64,000 nucleotides of DNA from Candidatus Ozemobacteraceae bacterium. GTDB lineage: Bacteria > Muiribacteriota > Ozemobacteria > Ozemobacterales > Ozemobacteraceae. The stretch spans positions 2,944,001 through 3,008,000 of the forward strand of contig OZ223236.1 of NCBI GenBank assembly GCA_965140445.1. Direction: 5' to 3'. Shown here in pieces: positions 59,119-64,000 of the stretch (within the stretch, counting starts at the first letter, position 1; every line of letters begins with the position of its first letter). The notes below the pieces were generated by a model. That model ran no database searches. It worked only from the letters and a program-made list of their open reading frames with translations, and was not told where the DNA came from. A program made the translations under genes and the position numbers.

Positions 59119-62100
59119 ATGTATCACACAAACTTTGTACACCTCCATGTTCATAGCCATTATAGCCTTCTTGACGGCGCTGCGCCTGTTAAGGCTATTG
59201 TTGATGCCGCGCGCAAGTTTCGCATGCCCGCTGTGGCCATTACTGATCACGGAAACATGTTTAGTGCGATCGAATTATACCAGTATGCACTTAAAAAGGG
59301 TGTCAAACCAATTATTGGGTTTGAGGCTTATGTTACAGCCGGGAGCCATCTTGACAAAAATAAAGAGGTGCCCAATTATCATCTGGTTCTTCTTGCAAGA
59401 AACAATATTGGTTACAGTAATTTGGTAAAACTATCTACTTTAGGTTATACAGACGGGTTTTACTATAGGCCTAGAATAGATTTTGAACAGCTTGAAAAAT
59501 ACAGCGAGGGTGTAATTGCTCTCGGTGCATGCCTTGCAGGAGAGGTCCCAAGATTATTACAGAAAAAAGACCGAGACGGGGCAATAGAAGCTGTTAAAAG
59601 ATATCAGCGTATTTTCGGGAAAGAAAATTTTTATGTTGAAATACAGAATCATGGTATTCCAGATCAGATCGAAGTTTTAAACCCTCTGGTAGAAGTGGCA
59701 AGGGCGTGCGATGCTCCCATTATTGCTACAAACGATAGCCATTACGTGAACCCGGAAGACTGGGAAGCTCAGGATGCTCTGCTATGCCTGGGCACCAATG
59801 CCAAGTTTGATGATAAGGAAAGGTTCAGGTTTCAGACCAGGGAATTTTATTACAAATCCCCACATGAGATGACTGAACTTTTCAAGGAGTACCCTGACGC
59901 AATTAGTAATTCTCTCAAGATTGCTGAGCGATGTAATGTCCAGCTAACACTAGGTAAATCAATTCTTCCAGAATTTGATCTTCCTGAAGGAAAAACCTCA
60001 GAAAGTTATCTTACTGAACTTTGTTACGCTGGCCTGGAAAAAAGATACGGAGAGCACAAGAACGACAAGGTCTATCTCGATCGCCTGGAATATGAATTGG
60101 GCGTTGTCAAGCGCATGGGATTTTGTGATTACTTTTTGATCGTATGGGATTTTATCCGCGCGGCAAGAGAGATGGGGATTCCTGTCGGACCAGGACGTGG
60201 TTCAGCAGCTGGAAGTATAGTTGCTTATCTTTTAAGAATCACCGATATTGATCCAATAAAATATGGGCTCCTTTTTGAAAGGTTTTTGAATCCGGAACGT
60301 ATCAGTATGCCGGATATCGACATTGATTTCAGTGATGATGGTAGAAAAGAAGTAATTGACTACGTAGTTGAAAAATATGGCCGTTCAAGGGTTTCATCAA
60401 TCATTACTTTCAACTTCATGGCGGCAAAAATGGCCATTAGAGATGTTGGCCGTGTTTTAAACATGGAATTGCCTGAAGTTGACTTTATTGCCAAGCTCAT
60501 TCCCGAAAAGCCGGGAACCCATATTAAATCCGCGCTTTCAGAAGTTCCTGAACTGCGTGAAATGGTTAAAAATGGAACTGAGCAGCAAAAGCGTCTATTG
60601 AGAATTGCAGGTACTGTAGACGGTATGGCCAGACATACCGGAGTACACGCCTGCGGTATCGTTATTTCTGCAATAGATTTGATGGATATAGTTCCAATCT
60701 ACCTCGATAAATCTAAAGAATTTGTTACCCAATATGAAAAAAATGCAATCGAGTCTATCGGATTGCTTAAAATGGATTTCCTTGGTCTTAAAACTCTAAC
60801 AATTATTAAAAGAGCTCTCGAATACATTAAAGAGAGCAGGGGAGTGGATGTGGATCTCGACCACATACCATTGGACGACCAGAAATCTTACAAATTACTT
60901 CAAGATGCATTGTCCCTGGGAGTATTCCAGCTCGAATCGGCAGGCATGAGAAATCTTCTTACAAACCTTCAGCCATCTGTTTTTGAAGATATTATCGCTT
61001 TGCTGGCAATGTATCGTCCAGGTCCATTGGGCAGCGGCATGGTTGATGACTTTGTAGAAAGAAAACATGGAAGAAAAGAGCTGGCCTATCCACACCCGGA
61101 TCTTGAACCTGTTCTAAAGGATACTTATGGGGTTTTCCTTTACCAGGAACAGGTTATGCAGACTGCCAATATTCTAGCCAATTTCACAATGGCTCAAGCG
61201 GATGGTTTGCGAAAAGCCATGGGTAAAAAGATTCGTGAAACCATGGAAAAAATGGGCAAGCTTTTTGTTGAAGGAGCGGTAGCTCGTGATGTTGATAAGG
61301 ACAAGGCACAAGAAATTTTTGATTTGATGGCAAGTTTTGCTGAGTATGGATTTAACAAATCTCACTCTGCTGCATATGCTCTTGTTACATATCGAACAGC
61401 CTATTTAAAGGCTCATTACACTGTTGAATTTATGGCAGCAGTTTTGTCCTCGGAATTGAACGATACCGATAAAATTGCAGAATATGTAGATGAGTGCAGA
61501 ACTTTAGGTATTCAGATTTTACCTCCGGATGTAAATGTTTCCCAAAACCTTTTTACAGTTGAAAATGGAAATATCAGGTATGGTTTAAGTGCAATTAAAG
61601 GAGTCGGTGGGGGAGCTATTGACTCTGTAGTTGAGGCAAGGAATGCTGATGGAGAGTTTAAATCTCTAGGAGACTTTACTCGAAGAGTAGATACCAGGCA
61701 GGTAAACAGCCGGGTTATTGATGCCTTAATAAAGGCTGGCGCGTTTAACGGATTCGGTCTAAAAAAGAGTCAATTGCTTGAAATGGCGACCGATGCATTA
61801 AAATCTGGCCAAAAGGCTCAGAAAGATAAAAACTCAGGACAAACCACTTTCTTTGATTTGCTTGGCGACGATGCTGAGGGATTGGGCGATATTGATATTG
61901 CTCCTCCTGATATTCCTGAATTAACTGAAAAGGAATTACTTCTAAACGAGAAAGAAGTGTTTGGGTTTTACCTGACTGGAGACCCCTTTAATGAAGTTGC
62001 TCCATTGGGAAGGGTTTTCTCAACCCACCCATTAAATAGATTAGAAACCGCAGAAGATGGAACATTGTGCAGAATCGCGGGAAACCTTACTTCTTTTAAA

Positions 62101-62643
62101 AAGCATTTTACCAAGAAGGGCGATGTAATGGCTTTTTTAACCATTGAGGCTGACAATGCATCTCAGGACATTACCCTTTTTCCAAAGTCATACAATGAAA
62201 ACTTGCATAGACTTAGAATTGATGAGCCACTTTTTATGGTAGCTCAGGTTCAACTTTTTGGCGGAAGCGTTAAGGTTAATGCAGAAAAGGTATATACCCC
62301 AGAAGATTTAAATGATGAGGGATTCGCAAAAATTAGTTTAAATATTCCAAAAGAATTGGCAAACAAGGAAAGTTACGCTATCTTGCGGGAAGTTTTGAGA
62401 AACAATACTGGAATTTGTTCTTTTGACATTAAGATAGCAACTCCTGACGGTGAAAAGGTCACTTTGAAACCAGGGGCTGGCTTTAGAACTGCTGTTTCTG
62501 CAAAATTGATTCGAGAATGGGAAAAAATATGCGGAGCTGGGACTGTAAAAATCAGTTTTCCAGAACTGGACTCATTTAAGGTTAGAAAAAGTTGGAAAAA
62601 CGGAAATTCAAATGGGCGCTCAGCGAATAGTGCGTCAGGTTAG
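59119..62643 (+). CDS. dnaE: DNA polymerase III alpha subunit
   Basis: HLHVHSHYSLLDG, GPGRGSAAGS, MPDIDIDF, KMDFLGL, YGFNKSH. Confidence 0.98.
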   Translation: MYHTNFVHLHVHSHYSLLDGAAPVKAIVDAARKFRMPAVAITDHGNMFSAIELYQYALKKGVKPIIGFEAYVTAGSHLDKNKEVPNYHLVLLARNNIGYSNLVKLSTLGYTDGFYYRPRIDFEQLEKYSEGVIALGACLAGEVPRLLQKKDRDGAIEAVKRYQRIFGKENFYVEIQNHGIPDQIEVLNPLVEVARACDAPIIATNDSHYVNPEDWEAQDALLCLGTNAKFDDKERFRFQTREFYYKSPHEMTELFKEYPDAISNSLKIAERCNVQLTLGKSILPEFDLPEGKTSESYLTELCYAGLEKRYGEHKNDKVYLDRLEYELGVVKRMGFCDYFLIVWDFIRAAREMGIPVGPGRGSAAGSIVAYLLRITDIDPIKYGLLFERFLNPERISMPDIDIDFSDDGRKEVIDYVVEKYGRSRVSSIITFNFMAAKMAIRDVGRVLNMELPEVDFIAKLIPEKPGTHIKSALSEVPELREMVKNGTEQQKRLLRIAGTVDGMARHTGVHACGIVISAIDLMDIVPIYLDKSKEFVTQYEKNAIESIGLLKMDFLGLKTLTIIKRALEYIKESRGVDVDLDHIPLDDQKSYKLLQDALSLGVFQLESAGMRNLLTNLQPSVFEDIIALLAMYRPGPLGSGMVDDFVERKHGRKELAYPHPDLEPVLKDTYGVFLYQEQVMQTANILANFTMAQADGLRKAMGKKIRETMEKMGKLFVEGAVARDVDKDKAQEIFDLMASFAEYGFNKSHSAAYALVTYRTAYLKAHYTVEFMAAVLSSELNDTDKIAEYVDECRTLGIQILPPDVNVSQNLFTVENGNIRYGLSAIKGVGGGAIDSVVEARNADGEFKSLGDFTRRVDTRQVNSRVIDALIKAGAFNGFGLKKSQLLEMATDALKSGQKAQKDKNSGQTTFFDLLGDDAEGLGDIDIAPPDIPELTEKELLLNEKEVFGFYLTGDPFNEVAPLGRVFSTHPLNRLETAEDGTLCRIAGNLTSFKKHFTKKGDVMAFLTIEADNASQDITLFPKSYNENLHRLRIDEPLFMVAQVQLFGGSVKVNAEKVYTPEDLNDEGFAKISLNIPKELANKESYAILREVLRNNTGICSFDIKIATPDGEKVTLKPGAGFRTAVSAKLIREWEKICGAGTVKISFPELDSFKVRKSWKNGNSNGRSANSASG

Positions 62644-62664
62644 GTAAAAATGGAGAGGTTTTTG

Positions 62665-64000
62665 ATGTTGTTCTTAAAAAGATTGATAGCATGTGTTGCA
62701 CTTTTCTGGTTATTAACGAGCAGTTGTTCAGCAGTAGAATTAACTGATGTTTACAAAATTCTTGGTCCTTATCGTGTTGTAGCCTCTGGCGGGGTAAGAC
62801 TTTATTTTCCTGAATCAGCCAAGGCAGCTATCCCAAGAGTTTTAAGTGGTTTGATAGGGGTTAGACAAAGTTTTAATAAGCTTTTCCCGGATCAGAAAAA
62901 CTATGAAGCGACTGTTCTTTTAAGCGACCATGACGATCGAATTAGTAGCTCAAGTGATCCTGAATTAGACTGGATTACGCTTGGAATGTTTGAAGAGATC
63001 GGTGCCCTTTCCACACGAGCATATTCACTTGAAAAACGTTTTGCATTGCGACTGGCAAATATCTTAATTTTAAGAACCCTTGGTTCTTCCCAAAATGCTC
63101 TGAAAAGAAAGTTAGCCATTCTTGCGGTGCCTCAATGGTTTTTGGATGGCCTGGCCCTTGATATTGCTTTTAAACTTGATTCTATACATATAAGTCGACT
63201 TTTTGATATGGCAAGATTTAATCGGTTATATTCCTTAGTTGAACTTGATACTTTGGTGAGTCAGCCAACTTTGGTGAGAGAAGAAATGAGATTTCAAGCC
63301 CACAGTATGATTTCATTCTGGGGCGAAAAATATGGAGCTACAGCTGGAATTGATCTGATGAAAAGAATTTTCAGAGATCCTACAGGCTTCAGAAAGCTGT
63401 TCAAGAAATATTATGGCGTAGATATGAATAAAGCCTACTACGATTACATGGAGTTCGTCTGGTCTAAATGTAAAAGGGGCAGTGAAGGCAGTCCTTGTGA
63501 CATAAAAGTTGAAGTTGATCCAAAATTGGGTGGAGGTTTTTTTCGCTCATTAAGAGAAATTGGTCCTGATGAAAAAGTATGGGTATCGTCAAAGCGATAT
63601 TTTACGGAAACATATGACCTTTATTACCAAAAGGGAAAAAACAGACCAAAAGTACTTATTAAGAATGTTCATCCGCTAATTTATGTTGATGGCTTTGATA
63701 ATGAAATTTACGTTGGAAAATATTGGGTAAACTCCCTGAGACAAAGACGTTTAGGCATCTGGAAAGTAGACGTAACCGGGCGAAAAAAGAAACTGGTTAG
63801 TGAGGCTGGTAGTTTTAAGCCGCTTGGAAAAAGGTTTGGAAGAATTTTCTATTTAAACAGCAAAAGTGGAATTTCCCGGATAATGTCAGTTGACCCTGAA
63901 TTTGCGAATTCAACAAGGGTTGAATACGAATTTGCTCCAGAATACAGACCACTTGACATAGCGTTGGATAAATCTTGCCAGGGAATGTATTTCGTGTTTG
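62665..64000 (+). CDS. Exported protein (partial) with degenerate peptidase-MA-like domain
   Basis: GGAGAGG SD; manual translation of the first ~230 codons MLFLKRLIACVALFWLL...VPQWFLDGLA...; appears to continue to the window edge. Confidence 0.7.
   Translation, partial: MLFLKRLIACVALFWLLTSSCSAVELTDVYKILGPYRVVASGGVRLYFPESAKAAIPRVLSGLIGVRQSFNKLFPDQKNYEATVLLSDHDDRISSSSDPELDWITLGMFEEIGALSTRAYSLEKRFALRLANILILRTLGSSQNALKRKLAILAVPQWFLDGLALDIAFKLDSIHISRLFDMARFNRLYSLVELDTLVSQPTLVREEMRFQAHSMISFWGEKYGATAGIDLMKRIFRDPTGFRKLFKKYYGVDMNKAYYDYMEFVWSKCKRGSEGSPCDIKVEVDPKLGGGFFRSLREIGPDEKVWVSSKRYFTETYDLYYQKGKNRPKVLIKNVHPLIYVDGFDNEIYVGKYWVNSLRQRRLGIWKVDVTGRKKKLVSEAGSFKPLGKRFGRIFYLNSKSGISRIMSVDPEFANSTRVEYEFAPEYRPLDIALDKSCQGMYFVF

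Noticed and set aside
138..63119. Many short antisense or nested ORFs in the track (e.g. 138..380, 1602..2003, 7954..8337, 47712..48254, 48895..49554, 50775..51230)
   Set aside because: Shadows of well-supported genes; no motifs or SD

Overview
Bacterial chromosomal window of a diderm organism. The lipoproteins, pilin-like Cys/His motifs and giant HAMP-cyclases suggest Candidatus Riflebacteria or a relative; this is inference only. Housekeeping blocks are ECF/anti-sigma-murB-cyclophilin (1-3.5 kb), tatA-TPR-OM barrel-exbBD-tonB (19-25.4 kb) and ggt-two cyclases-dnaE (51-64 kb). They alternate with accessory regions. An AT-rich defence island at ~4.3-13.4 kb holds a Lamassu/ABC-three-component system, a truncated IS91-type-associated integrase, an uncharacterised ParB/DUF262-like + HEPN gene pair, a K+-channel-like gene and remnants of integron-type attC sites. 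Next to it, three direct copies of a REP-like element joined to the 3' end of a fic gene delimit two gene modules. The 27-50 kb region is a patchwork of small accessory genes. The most striking observation is two overlapping membrane-bound class III cyclase genes (53-59 kb) whose catalytic residues are lost in a complementary pattern. This predicts an obligate heterodimeric adenylyl cyclase organised like mammalian C1/C2 or sGC alpha/beta. No rRNA, tRNA or CRISPR array was recognised. All calls are by eye; no database searches were run.
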